In this document: piece after piece, positions 29,490 through 39,683 of the stretch
Position numbering within the stretch: position 1 is the first letter of the stretch
How the letters are laid out: each line of letters begins with the position of its first letter
Made by a program: the position numbers and the translations under genes
The notes under the pieces: model-generated
The model's database searches: none
What the model saw: only the letters and a program-made list of their open reading frames with translations
What the model was told of the DNA's origin: nothing
NCBI GenBank assembly: GCA_963825045.1
Contig: CAWGSM010000037.1
Span: forward strand, 46,083 to 110,082
Length of the DNA: 64,000 nucleotides
Direction of reading: 5' to 3'
Source: an uncultured Flavobacteriaceae bacterium
Lineage (GTDB): Bacteria; Bacteroidota; Bacteroidia; Flavobacteriales; Flavobacteriaceae

Positions 29490-29853
29490 AAATTTTCTAC
29501 TTGTTTTTATTGGCGGAGGCCTGGGCAGCGGATTCAGATATATACTGAGCAAATATTTAAATGCCTCAACGCTTATACCTTACGGGACTCTAATAGCCAA
29601 TATAGGTGGGAGCCTTATCCTGGGAATAGCACTAGGTTGGGCAATTAGAACAAATAATCTTAATACTCCCGTAAATCTTCTTATTAGTGTTGGTTTTTGT
29701 GGTGGCTTTACCACATTTTCTACCTTTTCCTTTGAAAACTATGCTTTTTTGAAATCAGGTGATTATCTCCCATTCCTTTTATACTTTTTTGGGAGTTTAT
29801 TGATAGGGATATTATCCATAATTATCGGAATTTTCATTTCTAAGCTCTTCTAA
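29482..29853 (+). CDS. crcB: Fluoride channel Fluc/CrcB
   Basis: GGGLGSGFRY, PYGTLIAN, GFCGGFTTFSTF. Confidence 0.93.
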   Translation: MLKNFLLVFIGGGLGSGFRYILSKYLNASTLIPYGTLIANIGGSLILGIALGWAIRTNNLNTPVNLLISVGFCGGFTTFSTFSFENYAFLKSGDYLPFLLYFFGSLLIGILSIIIGIFISKLF

Positions 29854-29895
29854 CTCAATCTTTTTTCTAAAGAATTCAAAAATTTTATGAGTTAT

Positions 29896-29980
29896 AAATA
29901 AAGACCCCTAAAAAAATAGGGGTCTTTATTTTTTATTCCATAAAAATTATCATTACACCCCTATTTTTTTAGGGGTGTAA
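29896..29980. promoter_or_regulatory. Tandem palindromes ACCCCTA-N6-TAGGGGT upstream of the P-II/amt operon (first copy may double as the crcB terminator)
   Basis: 15-bp inverted repeat 29896-29931 and 11-bp inverted repeat 29953-29980; the same motif recurs upstream of glnA. Confidence 0.75.
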
Positions 29981-30021
29981 ACTATTTTTTGCAATATTTG
30001 ACCAATATTTAATACTTAATT

Positions 30022-30360
30022 ATGAAAAAAATCGAAGCGATTATTCGTAAGTCAAAATTTGACGCGGTGAAAAAAGCACTTCACGAAACCGAAGTGAATT
30101 TCTTCAGCTATTGGGATGTTACCGGGGTTGGTAACGAAAAGCGAGGACACGTATATCGTGGTGTCTCTTATAGCACCAGTGATATACAAAGAAGGATTAT
30201 TTCTGTAGTGGTTTCCGATGAATTTCTGGAAAAAACTGTTAAAGCTATTCTGGAATCCGCTTATACAGGCTCTGTTGGCGACGGAAAAGTATTTGTCATG
30301 CCTGTAGAAGAAGCCTATCGGATACGAACCAAAGAAAAAGGTTCCGAATCCTTGAATTAA
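30022..30360 (+). CDS. glnB: Nitrogen regulatory protein P-II (GlnB/GlnK)
   Basis: MKKIEAIIR, YRG T-loop, TGSVGDGKVFV, RIRT. Confidence 0.93.
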   Translation: MKKIEAIIRKSKFDAVKKALHETEVNFFSYWDVTGVGNEKRGHVYRGVSYSTSDIQRRIISVVVSDEFLEKTVKAILESAYTGSVGDGKVFVMPVEEAYRIRTKEKGSESLN

Positions 30361-30389
30361 ACCTCTAACCCTACTAACAAAATTAAATT

Positions 30390-31604
30390 ATGGAAGCTAA
30401 TGCTGTTTTAGATTTATTATGGATCGTCGTATGTGGAATACTGGTGTTTTTTATGCAAGCCGGTTTTACACTTGTTGAGGTAGGATTCACCAGAGCAAAA
30501 AACACTGCAAATATAATAATGAAGAACCTTATGGACCTTGCTATTGGTTCAATCGCGTTCTGGATGATTGGGTACACCATTATGTATGGTGACTCAATTG
30601 GTAGCTTTATTGGTCAGCCAAGCCTATTTTATAATGTCCGTGAAGATATGCATAACCTGTTTTTCCAAACAGTATTTTGTGCTACTGCTGCCACTATAGT
30701 TTCTGGAGCCATTGCTGAAAGAACAAAATTTTCAACCTATCTGATATTTTCTCTTTTAATAACCACTCTTATTTATCCAATCTCGGGACACTGGGTTTGG
30801 CAGGGAGACGGTTGGTTAACCAAATTAGGATTTATAGATTTTGCGGGCTCTACGGTAGTTCACTCTGTGGGAGGCTGGGCCGCTCTTGTAGCCGCCGCTT
30901 TAGTTGGACCCAGGATTGGGAAATATACTAACGGAAAATCAAATGCGATCCCGGGTCATAATATGCTTTATGGGGCTTTAGGAGTATTTATCCTTTGGCT
31001 TGGATGGTTTGGTTTTAACCCGGGATCAGAACTGGCAATATCTGGCGATAGTGCTTATAATGTCTCTGGTATTGTTATTACAACCAACCTGGCTGCTGCG
31101 GCTGGAGCCATTGTCTCTCTTTTCCTTACCTGGATTCGGTATGGTCGTGCAGATATATCCATGACACTCAACGGTGCCCTGGCCGGGCTGGTAGGTATTA
31201 CCGCCGGATGTGCTGCGGTTAGCCCTTTTGGCGCATTTATTATAGGAATTATCTCCGGACTTGTAGTGGTGTTCTCCATTGAATTCGTAGATAAGGTTCT
31301 TAAAATAGATGATCCGGTAGGTGCGATTTCAGTTCACGGTGTTGTTGGAGCTGTAGGTACCCTTTGTGTAGGGCTTTTTGCCACCGATGGGGGTCTTTTC
31401 TACGGCGGCGGATTCGGACAACTTGGAGTTCAGGCCGTTGGAGTTGTAGCCATTGGTGCATGGGCTATGATCGCAACCTTTATTGTGCTTTATATTCTCA
31501 AAAAGACCATTGGTCTGCGAGTAAGTGAGCAGGAAGAACTTGGCGGTCTTGACATCCATGAGCATGGCGTGGACTCTTATCCGGAATTCGGAAACGATAA
31601 ATAA
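30390..31604 (+). CDS. amtB: Ammonium transporter Amt
   Basis: FMQAGF, DFAGSTVVH, GWFGFN, DDPVGAISVHG. Confidence 0.96.
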   Translation: MEANAVLDLLWIVVCGILVFFMQAGFTLVEVGFTRAKNTANIIMKNLMDLAIGSIAFWMIGYTIMYGDSIGSFIGQPSLFYNVREDMHNLFFQTVFCATAATIVSGAIAERTKFSTYLIFSLLITTLIYPISGHWVWQGDGWLTKLGFIDFAGSTVVHSVGGWAALVAAALVGPRIGKYTNGKSNAIPGHNMLYGALGVFILWLGWFGFNPGSELAISGDSAYNVSGIVITTNLAAAAGAIVSLFLTWIRYGRADISMTLNGALAGLVGITAGCAAVSPFGAFIIGIISGLVVVFSIEFVDKVLKIDDPVGAISVHGVVGAVGTLCVGLFATDGGLFYGGGFGQLGVQAVGVVAIGAWAMIATFIVLYILKKTIGLRVSEQEELGGLDIHEHGVDSYPEFGNDK

Positions 31605-31611
31605 TAAAAAA

Positions 31612-31637
31612 ACGGAGCGTTTGGCGGAACGCTCCGT
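31612..31637. other. Intercistronic hairpin between amt and porin
   Basis: ACGGAGCGTT-tggcgg-AACGCTCCGT; U-tract only on the minus strand. Confidence 0.6.
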
Positions 31638-31726
31638 AAAAATCATAATCACTTCAACGATCGGTGTAAATCTGATCTATCTAAGCATCTAAACTTATTA
31701 ATCAATTAATTAACCCCTGTTTCGTT

Positions 31727-32821
31727 ATGAAAGCAATTACAAACTCAAAATTAAAAAAATTTCTGTTCCTTCTACCAATAATCCTAATAACCTCCACGCT
31801 TATTGCCCAGGAAGAAGAAGAATCACCAAAATTTTCTATCAGCGGTAGTGTGGACGCCTATTTTAGGACCAATTTTAACGGCCTAAATAAATCGCAGAAT
31901 ATATTAGGTGGGGACGAGGTAACACTTAGCCCGGCTGCGCCTGCAACTTCTTTTGCCAATGATCCAGGATTTGCCATTGGGATGGCCAATATAATTTTAG
32001 GATATGAAGGAGATAAAGTAGGCTTTGTTGCAGACCTTGTTTCTGGGCCACGTGGTGAAGATGCGGTATTCTTATCGGCAGCCTCCACCAATATAGTAAA
32101 CCAATTATATGCTTACTATAAAGTGAATGATGCCTTGAAATTCACCCTTGGTAACTGGAATACTTTTCTTGGCTATGAGGTTATATCGCCGGCAGCGAAT
32201 TTTAACTATTCCACCTCCTATATGTTTTCTTACGGGCCATTTTCTCATACAGGGCTGAAAGCAGATTTCAGTTTTGATGATAACTGGACAGGGATGCTGG
32301 CAATTATGAATCCTACAGATTATACCGAATTCAACCCAATAGGAAAATATTCTTTTGGAGGACAGGTTGGTTATTCCAATGATTCAGGCAGTGCATATCT
32401 AAATCTCCTGTATGGTGAACAATCACTTTCAGACGATGCACTATTCCAGATTGATCTCACAACTGGCTGGGATCTTACTGAGACATTCTATTTAGGTTTT
32501 AACACCACCTATCAGGATACCGAAGGCATTGGTTTTTATGGAGCCGCTTTATATCCTCAGCTGTCTCTTTCCGACAGTTTCGGGATAGGACTTAGAGCAG
32601 AATATTTTAAGGAACTGGAAGATGGTGGGATCGTGTATGATGCAGATACCAGCGTAACCGCATTTACACTTACCGGAAGCTACCAGACCGGAGGATTAAT
32701 AATTAAACCTGAATTTAGAATAGACAGTGTTTCAGACGACTATCCGGCATTTCTGGACAAGAACCTTGATCCATCAAATGAGCTTGCTTCATTTTTAGTT
32801 GCGGCCATTTATGCATTCTAG
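31727..32821 (+). CDS. Outer-membrane porin-like beta-barrel (BBP2-type)
   Basis: Signal peptide; ISGSVDAY, GYEVISP, NFNYSTSYMF, PFSHTG; C-terminal Phe. Confidence 0.8.
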   Translation: MKAITNSKLKKFLFLLPIILITSTLIAQEEEESPKFSISGSVDAYFRTNFNGLNKSQNILGGDEVTLSPAAPATSFANDPGFAIGMANIILGYEGDKVGFVADLVSGPRGEDAVFLSAASTNIVNQLYAYYKVNDALKFTLGNWNTFLGYEVISPAANFNYSTSYMFSYGPFSHTGLKADFSFDDNWTGMLAIMNPTDYTEFNPIGKYSFGGQVGYSNDSGSAYLNLLYGEQSLSDDALFQIDLTTGWDLTETFYLGFNTTYQDTEGIGFYGAALYPQLSLSDSFGIGLRAEYFKELEDGGIVYDADTSVTAFTLTGSYQTGGLIIKPEFRIDSVSDDYPAFLDKNLDPSNELASFLVAAIYAF

Positions 32822-32824
32822 ATT

Positions 32825-33439
32825 CTAGTGCTTATCATATGATTTTACACCGGCAAATATTTCTATATCTATGTCATTTTCTTCAGGAGGTATGGGACAG
32901 GAATATTTGCCGCTATAAGCGCAGTAAGGATTGTATGCCTTATTAAAATCCAAAATTACCTCTGTTGATTCAGGAATTCTCAGATCGATATATCTCCCTC
33001 CTCCATAGGTTGTTTCTCCATTAGTAAGATCTGTAAAAGGCAAAAACAGATAATCAAAATATTCGGGATCCTGGGTGAGTTCCTGGTTTTGATAAACATT
33101 CAGTTTAAACTTTCTGCCTTTTAAAGTAAAATATAATTCTCCGTATTTAACATATATGGGAAGCCTGTCCGTACTTGTTTTCATGGCAAAAGGAGGTTCG
33201 GCAGGAGTTCTTACAAATTCAGCATTTATTCTGTATTCGGGGTTTATTTCAAAAAATTCCAGCTCTTCAAAACTTTTCAAATCATCCTTATCCAAAGGTG
33301 ACTTCTCCGGATCTTCATATTCCCTATTTAATCCTTCCTGAAATTCTTCAGCAGTCTCTTCTTCTGAAGTTTGAGCATTTATCGAAATGAAAGCTGAACA
33401 AATAATCATTATTATCAATGATAGAATACTTTTAAGCAT
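32825..33439 (-). CDS. DUF1684 domain protein
   Basis: LFLPFTDLTNG, YGGGRY, DFNKAYNPYCAY, CPIPP. Confidence 0.9.
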   Translation of the reverse strand: MLKSILSLIIMIICSAFISINAQTSEEETAEEFQEGLNREYEDPEKSPLDKDDLKSFEELEFFEINPEYRINAEFVRTPAEPPFAMKTSTDRLPIYVKYGELYFTLKGRKFKLNVYQNQELTQDPEYFDYLFLPFTDLTNGETTYGGGRYIDLRIPESTEVILDFNKAYNPYCAYSGKYSCPIPPEENDIDIEIFAGVKSYDKH

Positions 33440-33520
33440 ACTTATATTCTTTTCTGAAGCTTTCAAAATTAATCATTAAACACTTAAAATTTAATTTAAT
33501 TTTGAAGCACAAACCGACCA

Positions 33521-34726
33521 ATGCAAAAAATTTTTAAATCTTATTTTGACTCCTTCGGCGGTCTGCGGAAAGAAATTTGGCTGTTATCCTTGATCACCCT
33601 GATCAATCGTGCGGGTACCATGGTGATCCCATTTCTCTCTCTTTACCTTACCAAAAGTCGAAATTTTAGCCTGGAAGAGGTAGGATGGATCCTTACTTTT
33701 TTTGGTCTCGGATCGGTTACAGGCTCATGGCTTGGCGGTAAGCTTACTGATAAAATTGGACATTACAGGACTATGGTCGGAAGTCTTATTGGTTCCTCTA
33801 TTCTTTTTGTTCTGTTACAATTTCCAACTTCTTTCTGGGGTATATGCCTGGGTATTTATCTGGTAATGACCGTTGCCGATATTTTTAGACCGGCGGTTTT
33901 TGTGGCTATTAATGCATACAGTAAGCCTCAAAACCGAACACGATCGGTGACCCTTATAAGACTTGCTATAAACCTCGGGTTTTCCTCAGGACCCGCCATT
34001 GGCGGACTAATTATTGCAACTGCCGGATATAGCGGACTTTTCTGGGTAGATGGAATTACCTGTTTAATAGCAGGACTTCTATTATTAAAACTTTTGCATC
34101 CTAAACGTTCCCAGGCTGAGGAAGAAGATATAATCACCAATGCAAAAACTGCAATAAACGACAGGTTATACCTTCTTTTTATAGCCGCCATGATCTTATT
34201 TGGACTTATTTTTATTCAGTATTTCTCGACCATGCCGTTATTCTATGCAAACTATCATATGCTGGACGAACGTGAAATAGGACTTTTACTGGGATTAAAC
34301 GGACTTATTATCTTCCTGTTTGAAATGCCACTTATAAAATTTCTGGAATCTCGAAACCACTCCGCTTCCGGTTATGTGATATTAGGACTTTTATTAACCG
34401 CCCTCAGTTTTCTGGTGATAAACCTAACCGACTGGACCGGGATTTTAATTGTTGGGATGCTTTTGGTAACGGTAGGTGAAATGATCGCTTTCCCATTCTC
34501 AAACAGTTTTGCTCTTAGTCGGTCTGATGGAAAAAAACGCGGTTCATATATGGCCCTTTACAGTATTGCTTTTTCGATAAGTCATATTTTTGGACACAAC
34601 TCTGGTATGCAGCTCATTAACCATTTTGGATATAAATTCACCTGGAACACGATGATGATCCTGGCTCTTGTGGCCTGTTTATTATTAATTCTACTGAAAT
34701 CGCTACTGCAGAGGGAAAATACTTAA
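33521..34726 (+). CDS. MFS transporter
   Basis: GGKLTDKIG motif A; about 12 TM. Confidence 0.9.
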   Translation: MQKIFKSYFDSFGGLRKEIWLLSLITLINRAGTMVIPFLSLYLTKSRNFSLEEVGWILTFFGLGSVTGSWLGGKLTDKIGHYRTMVGSLIGSSILFVLLQFPTSFWGICLGIYLVMTVADIFRPAVFVAINAYSKPQNRTRSVTLIRLAINLGFSSGPAIGGLIIATAGYSGLFWVDGITCLIAGLLLLKLLHPKRSQAEEEDIITNAKTAINDRLYLLFIAAMILFGLIFIQYFSTMPLFYANYHMLDEREIGLLLGLNGLIIFLFEMPLIKFLESRNHSASGYVILGLLLTALSFLVINLTDWTGILIVGMLLVTVGEMIAFPFSNSFALSRSDGKKRGSYMALYSIAFSISHIFGHNSGMQLINHFGYKFTWNTMMILALVACLLLILLKSLLQRENT

Positions 34727-36150
34727 TCTTTGTTTTCGATCTTTTCATCATAATACCTGGCTTCCCCCAGATATTTATAAATGATTTCATTATATTCTTT
34801 AGTAAATTTTAAATCAAGAATTCCGTCAATATTATAAAGAGCATCAATATCTGAATAGCCTGTTTTAAGAAGGTCTTCCAGGTATAATAGCGCAGTTTCA
34901 TAATCTCCGTCTCCACCGGCCAGGGAAATGATCTTAAGGTAAGCCTCTGGATCATTCTTCCTAATGGCAGTTCGAAGAACACTAATAAATATTTTGGTGT
35001 CTATAGAATAATTCCCTTTCATAATATTTCGAAACTCAAATTCCGAAACAGAATCGAGATAACCATGCAATCGATAAGCTACATTTGCTTTAGCCTGTTC
35101 ATTACTATTTTTAAGTTTCTCCAATTCATCCACCTGATAAGCCCACCAGCCAATATTATTAAAATTGGCAGCCATAATATCTGATCTAAGTAAATATTCA
35201 TACTCATCCTGCTGCTCCTTTTCAAAATAAATTGCCTGTTTAAAATTGCGCCGCTGAGATTTAAAACCATCGGTTCGTTTAATATCTTTCATACGATCTT
35301 CGATAGCATCTTCAAAACCAAAGTCCTCATATTTTTCCTTCATTCGGTCAAGCTTTTCATACGCCTGATAATAATTTCGAGAGCGTCTTAAGGTCTCCAC
35401 ATATTCAATCTCATCTTCATAAAGCTTTCGTATAAAATTTTCATCAGCCGGCCTCAGGCCTTTTCTTAAGGCTTCCAGGGTAAAACCCTTCATTGCGTTT
35501 GAAACCACTTTAGTTTCAGGCCATTGATCTTCCTTACCTTCAAAATAATAGATATCTGTGGGAAAATCCAGATCATCATAAAACCTTAAATATTCTTCCA
35601 TTTCATAGACCATATAATCCTTTTTCCCGGCAAGACCTATAAACATATAGGGCTGTTCTTTATTAATATACCTGGGATTTACAAATGAATTTCCAATAGC
35701 CATGATCCCCGCCATCTCCTTATATATTAAAGGTAAAGCCGAAGCAACCTGAGCACCTTCTGCCATCCCGGCTGAATAAATAAGTTTCTGATCTACAGGA
35801 TAATTGGTGATTACCGTATTTATCATAGCAGTAGCTGTTTTCACTATACTGTCTATAGGTTTGGATTTTAAATCCATATTCAAAGACGCAACAAGGTATT
35901 GCTGCTCTTCGGCGGCAGTTCTAAAAAGATTAGCTGTATTCCTGCCCCTTCCTTGAGGATCAAAAACAAAAATAGTAGGCCATGCTTTTTCCCCGGAATA
36001 ATTGGATGGGATATAAACCGAATAGGTTATATCGCTGATCCCGGCTATAGGTAAAGAGTCGGTTACAGCTCCACGGAGTACTCTTAATTCCTGAGCCGGA
36101 GAAAGACCGCACACAAATAAAGCTATAAATAAGAATAGGAACTTTTTCAT
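34723..36150 (-). CDS. Secreted alpha/beta-hydrolase-like protein with helical/TPR C-terminus
   Basis: YSVYIPSNY, WPTIFVFDPQGRG; nucleophile elbow reads GMAEG. Confidence 0.65.
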   Translation of the reverse strand: MKKFLFLFIALFVCGLSPAQELRVLRGAVTDSLPIAGISDITYSVYIPSNYSGEKAWPTIFVFDPQGRGRNTANLFRTAAEEQQYLVASLNMDLKSKPIDSIVKTATAMINTVITNYPVDQKLIYSAGMAEGAQVASALPLIYKEMAGIMAIGNSFVNPRYINKEQPYMFIGLAGKKDYMVYEMEEYLRFYDDLDFPTDIYYFEGKEDQWPETKVVSNAMKGFTLEALRKGLRPADENFIRKLYEDEIEYVETLRRSRNYYQAYEKLDRMKEKYEDFGFEDAIEDRMKDIKRTDGFKSQRRNFKQAIYFEKEQQDEYEYLLRSDIMAANFNNIGWWAYQVDELEKLKNSNEQAKANVAYRLHGYLDSVSEFEFRNIMKGNYSIDTKIFISVLRTAIRKNDPEAYLKIISLAGGDGDYETALLYLEDLLKTGYSDIDALYNIDGILDLKFTKEYNEIIYKYLGEARYYDEKIENKD

Positions 36151-36204
36151 AGATAATGAGAATATATGCTTAAAGATAATGAATTGTATCATGAATCATT
36201 CCAT

Positions 36205-36236
36205 AAAAAAAGCCCACATAGTACTATGTGAGCCTT
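36205..36236 (-). terminator. Rho-independent terminator
   Basis: GCCCACATAG-ta-CTATGTGAGC stem with an A7 tract on +. Confidence 0.65.
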
Positions 36237-36262
36237 AAGCGGTTTTATCAATATTATTGCTA

Positions 36263-36460
36263 TTAAGAATCTACTCTTTGATATTGCATCTCAGGTTTCT
36301 CTGGAAAAAATAATTTCGCCATAAGAGAAACTATCAGTAAATCGGTAAAGATCAGGAACATCACCCTAATTACTTCAATACCATAAAACGATAGCCCGGT
36401 AAATCCTACTAAGCCTGTGACCAATGCAAGCACTAAAAATAATAACGTCTTTCTTTTCAT
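36263..36460 (-). CDS. DUF1328/UPF0391-like small membrane protein
   Basis: FLVLALVTGLVGFTG pattern. Confidence 0.7.
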   Translation of the reverse strand: MKRKTLLFLVLALVTGLVGFTGLSFYGIEVIRVMFLIFTDLLIVSLMAKLFFPEKPEMQYQRVDS

Positions 36461-36652
36461 AACTTCCTGTTCAATTTTAAAACAAATCTAGTTACATATG
36501 AGACGAAATTTTCATAAGGAAATTACAATTAAAATCAATTTAACTAAAACAAAACTCTTTGATAACTATGTGTTAATAATAGGGCTTCAGGCACAGACTT
36601 TTTAACAGGATATTGAGCTGGAAAAAGTTGAGCGTTCAGATTTATTAAGAAG

Positions 36653-37102
36653 TCAAATGCTAATTATTTTTTTAGTAACCGGCGCATTCTCAATGACATT
36701 GGAAAGCACAATATGCGTTCTGGTCTCTCCATAGGTAATAAGTTTGTCTATGAGCTTTTCCAGGTGCGCCTGATCATGAAGAATAACTTCCATTATAATA
36801 TTTTCATTCCCTGTGATCCTGTAACAATTGATCACCTCCTTAAAGCTGGTTACTGTTTCCAGAAAGGCTTTTAGTCTTCCGGTAAATGCCCTTAGAGTAA
36901 TGATCGCTTTTAAATGATATCCCAGTTTTTGTGGGGATAACTGAGTATGGTAAGATCTTACGATCCCCGCGTCCTCCATTTTCTTTACCCGTTCGGCCAC
37001 CGCCGGTGAAGTAAGTCCTACTTTTCGCCCAATTTCAGAAAAAGAAATTCTTCCATTTTGCTGAAGCTGCTCCAGGATTGCCCAGTTTAATTGATCCACC
37101 AT
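36653..37102 (-). CDS. Lrp/AsnC family transcriptional regulator
   Basis: LQQNGRISFSEIGRKVGLTSPAVAERVKKME, CYRITG. Confidence 0.93.
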   Translation of the reverse strand: MVDQLNWAILEQLQQNGRISFSEIGRKVGLTSPAVAERVKKMEDAGIVRSYHTQLSPQKLGYHLKAIITLRAFTGRLKAFLETVTSFKEVINCYRITGNENIIMEVILHDQAHLEKLIDKLITYGETRTHIVLSNVIENAPVTKKIISI

Positions 37103-37208
37103 ATTTAAAGTAATTATATTATATTTCTTTTAAAATTAAAGATAAATATTAATTCTACAATTTTTTTAAAATTAATTTCCGCATTTCTCGTATTACATTA
37201 GTGGAAAA

Positions 37209-37616
37209 TTGCAACCAGTGAACTATTTTTCAGGAAACCGAAGATCAGGAAGATCAGCTTTATACTTTAAAGCCCAGGAGATCATGCGCATCTCCAGACG
37301 AATTTCTGATTATCTCGTACCCGATCTGGCCATATTAAACGATCGTGGAACCGAGGATACCAATGTTTACTTCACAGGGGATATCATAAGACACTCTCAC
37401 TCCCTGGTAACTAATATTGACAAAGCTGAAAGTGAATATTTTCAGGATAGCCGCATGAAGTATGTTACCAGTGTAGCTCAATTAACTGAAAGATTATATA
37501 ATGCCTGTGAGCGTTTGGAATATGTAAACAGCAATGGCCGTGAGTTTTTAAAGATCCTCCGAACCGAATTGCAAAAGTTTAGAAAACTCCAGCGTACCTG
37601 GAAGTTAAGTCTTTAG
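37209..37616 (+). CDS. Hypothetical all-helical protein resembling the four-helix-bundle (IVP/Avd-like) fold
   Basis: LYFKAQEI..., IIRHSHSLVTNIDKAE and LRTELQKFRKLQRTW pattern; TTG start. Confidence 0.55.
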   Translation: MQPVNYFSGNRRSGRSALYFKAQEIMRISRRISDYLVPDLAILNDRGTEDTNVYFTGDIIRHSHSLVTNIDKAESEYFQDSRMKYVTSVAQLTERLYNACERLEYVNSNGREFLKILRTELQKFRKLQRTWKLSL

Positions 37617-37620
37617 ATAA

Positions 37621-39420
37621 CTATCTTTTATAACCCGGAATCCCGTTATCCTCCGGAACGCCCATATCTTCCAGTAATTGTTGCCAGCGGGGATCATTAT
37701 GAAATTTTTTAAATGTAGGGTAATAAACGGCTTCAGTTAAGGTAGGATCCTTTATTTCTAATGCTTTATGCAACCATTCAAAGGTCTTTTCCCGGTTGCC
37801 CATAAAGGCGTAGATATCGGCAAAATCGGCGGCTTCTTTCGGATAATTTTTCATTAAATTATCCAGCATCTTTAAGGCTTCTTTTTTCTGCCCGGCCTGG
37901 TAAAGCGCTTTAATTTTTCCATAGGGTTTCCAGAATGGATCAGGTTCTTTTTCTATTTCCTGCATAGCTTGTTCCGTTCTTCCTAAACTCAGTAGAATCA
38001 TAGTTTTGAAGCTACTGGTAGCTAATGTACCCGGCTGATATTCTTCATAAATATTTATTTGTTTTAATGCTTCCTCTTTATTTCCCCTCCAGTAATTATC
38101 AACACCCAATACTAAATGATTGATATATAATAAAGGATCCAATTCCAATGCCTTTTTATCATTCCTAATAAATTCAGTGAGAGAACCAAAGGTCATTAAT
38201 CCTTTTCTTCTCAAAATCTCCGCATTTTCAGGTTCCAGTTCAAATGCCTTTTCCGCATTTAACTTTGCTTCTCCAAATTCAAATTTTACCATAGCCCATC
38301 TAGCCAGTTCCATATACCCCTTGGCATATTCAGGATCAATTTCAATACTCTTTTGTGCCGCGCTCATTCCTAAATTATAGGCTTCCTCTTTGAGCTCATT
38401 AGCAATGCTAAATCCTAGATAATTATAAATTTGACTCTCTAACTCCCAAATAGGAGCATAGTTGGGATCAATGGCATTAGCCTCTTTCAGTAAATCCAAA
38501 GCTTTTTCAATAGATTCACTGGTTGATTGTTCCCATAAATGTTTTGCTTTTAGATAGAGCGTATAGGCTTTTGTATCTACTTCTTTTGACTTTTTACCCA
38601 GCAAACTCACTTCCAGTTTTTTGCTTACCGCCGCCGCAATTTCGTCCTGGATCTTAAAGATATCGTCGAGTTTACGATCGTAGGTTTCCGACCAGATATG
38701 AATACCGGTGGAAATATTGATAAGCTGAGCAGTTATCCTGACCGTATTTCCCGCTTTTCGTACGCTGCCTTCCAGCAGGTATTTCACATGTAATTTCTGC
38801 CCGATCTCTTTAGTGGTGGCTTCCTTATCTTTAAAATAAAAGGAGGAGGTACGGCTGATCACCTCCAGGTCCCGATTTTTAGCCAGGTAATTCAGGATCT
38901 CTTCGCTGATACCATCGGCAAAGTATTCCTGATCTTCATCTGAACTCATATTTTCAAACGCCAGAACGGCGATGGATTTGTCGGGAGCCTTATTTTGGGC
39001 TAGAAGTTGTTTATCCGAAGTAGAGGGACTTTTTTGGGTATCTGAAACAGCAGGATTAACTTCGGAAACATTATAAAAAAGGTTGATTCCCAGTAAAACT
39101 ATAGCGATTACCAGCGCGCCGATAATAACTTTATTTAACTGGCTGTCGGTTTGGTGACTTATGGAATCTTTAGGATCTACATTTTTAGTCTTTTTAATGC
39201 CTTCTTCGGTGATCTCATATTTCCAGGAAAACAACAGCCATAATGGAAAACCGATTACCAACACGATAAGTACAAATCGTAAAAAATAATCGGGAACACG
39301 CAATGCAGGAAGGATGATGGAAAACACCTGAATAATAATCCAGGAGCCTACCAAATAGGCCAATCCCGCCTTGATGACATTGCGACGTTTTAATTCTTTA
39401 AAGTAATTCTTAAAATTCAC
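37621..39420 (-). CDS. Membrane protein with TolB-N/FlgO-like domain and TPR repeats
   Basis: ELKRRNV 3-TM N-terminus, KSIAVLAFENMS, YFADGISEEI, LEGSVRK, WSETYDR, then TPRs. Confidence 0.85.
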   Translation of the reverse strand: MNFKNYFKELKRRNVIKAGLAYLVGSWIIIQVFSIILPALRVPDYFLRFVLIVLVIGFPLWLLFSWKYEITEEGIKKTKNVDPKDSISHQTDSQLNKVIIGALVIAIVLLGINLFYNVSEVNPAVSDTQKSPSTSDKQLLAQNKAPDKSIAVLAFENMSSDEDQEYFADGISEEILNYLAKNRDLEVISRTSSFYFKDKEATTKEIGQKLHVKYLLEGSVRKAGNTVRITAQLINISTGIHIWSETYDRKLDDIFKIQDEIAAAVSKKLEVSLLGKKSKEVDTKAYTLYLKAKHLWEQSTSESIEKALDLLKEANAIDPNYAPIWELESQIYNYLGFSIANELKEEAYNLGMSAAQKSIEIDPEYAKGYMELARWAMVKFEFGEAKLNAEKAFELEPENAEILRRKGLMTFGSLTEFIRNDKKALELDPLLYINHLVLGVDNYWRGNKEEALKQINIYEEYQPGTLATSSFKTMILLSLGRTEQAMQEIEKEPDPFWKPYGKIKALYQAGQKKEALKMLDNLMKNYPKEAADFADIYAFMGNREKTFEWLHKALEIKDPTLTEAVYYPTFKKFHNDPRWQQLLEDMGVPEDNGIPGYKR

Positions 39421-39599
39421 AAGATATCTCAGATTTTAGCTTAAAATCGTAGGGATAGCGAAAAGTAGTGATTTAAATAGTTATTGCAAAGCAGGAAGAT
39501 TGTAATTTTGAACCGACAAACAATTTATCATAACGGCTGCCTTTAAAAAGGCTAATAATTGCAATTTAAAGAAGCCTTTGATTTTTAGCGGTTGAAAGA

Positions 39600-39624
39600 T
39601 TTCCTGAAACTAATTTTCAGGAAA
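39600..39624. other. Inverted repeat (hairpin or operator)
   Basis: TTTCCTGAAA-ctaat-TTTCAGGAAA. Confidence 0.5.
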
Positions 39625-39683
39625 AACCCTTTGACTGCCTGACTTTTGGCAGGTGCTCGATTAGAGGTTGAAATTCATAAGAG

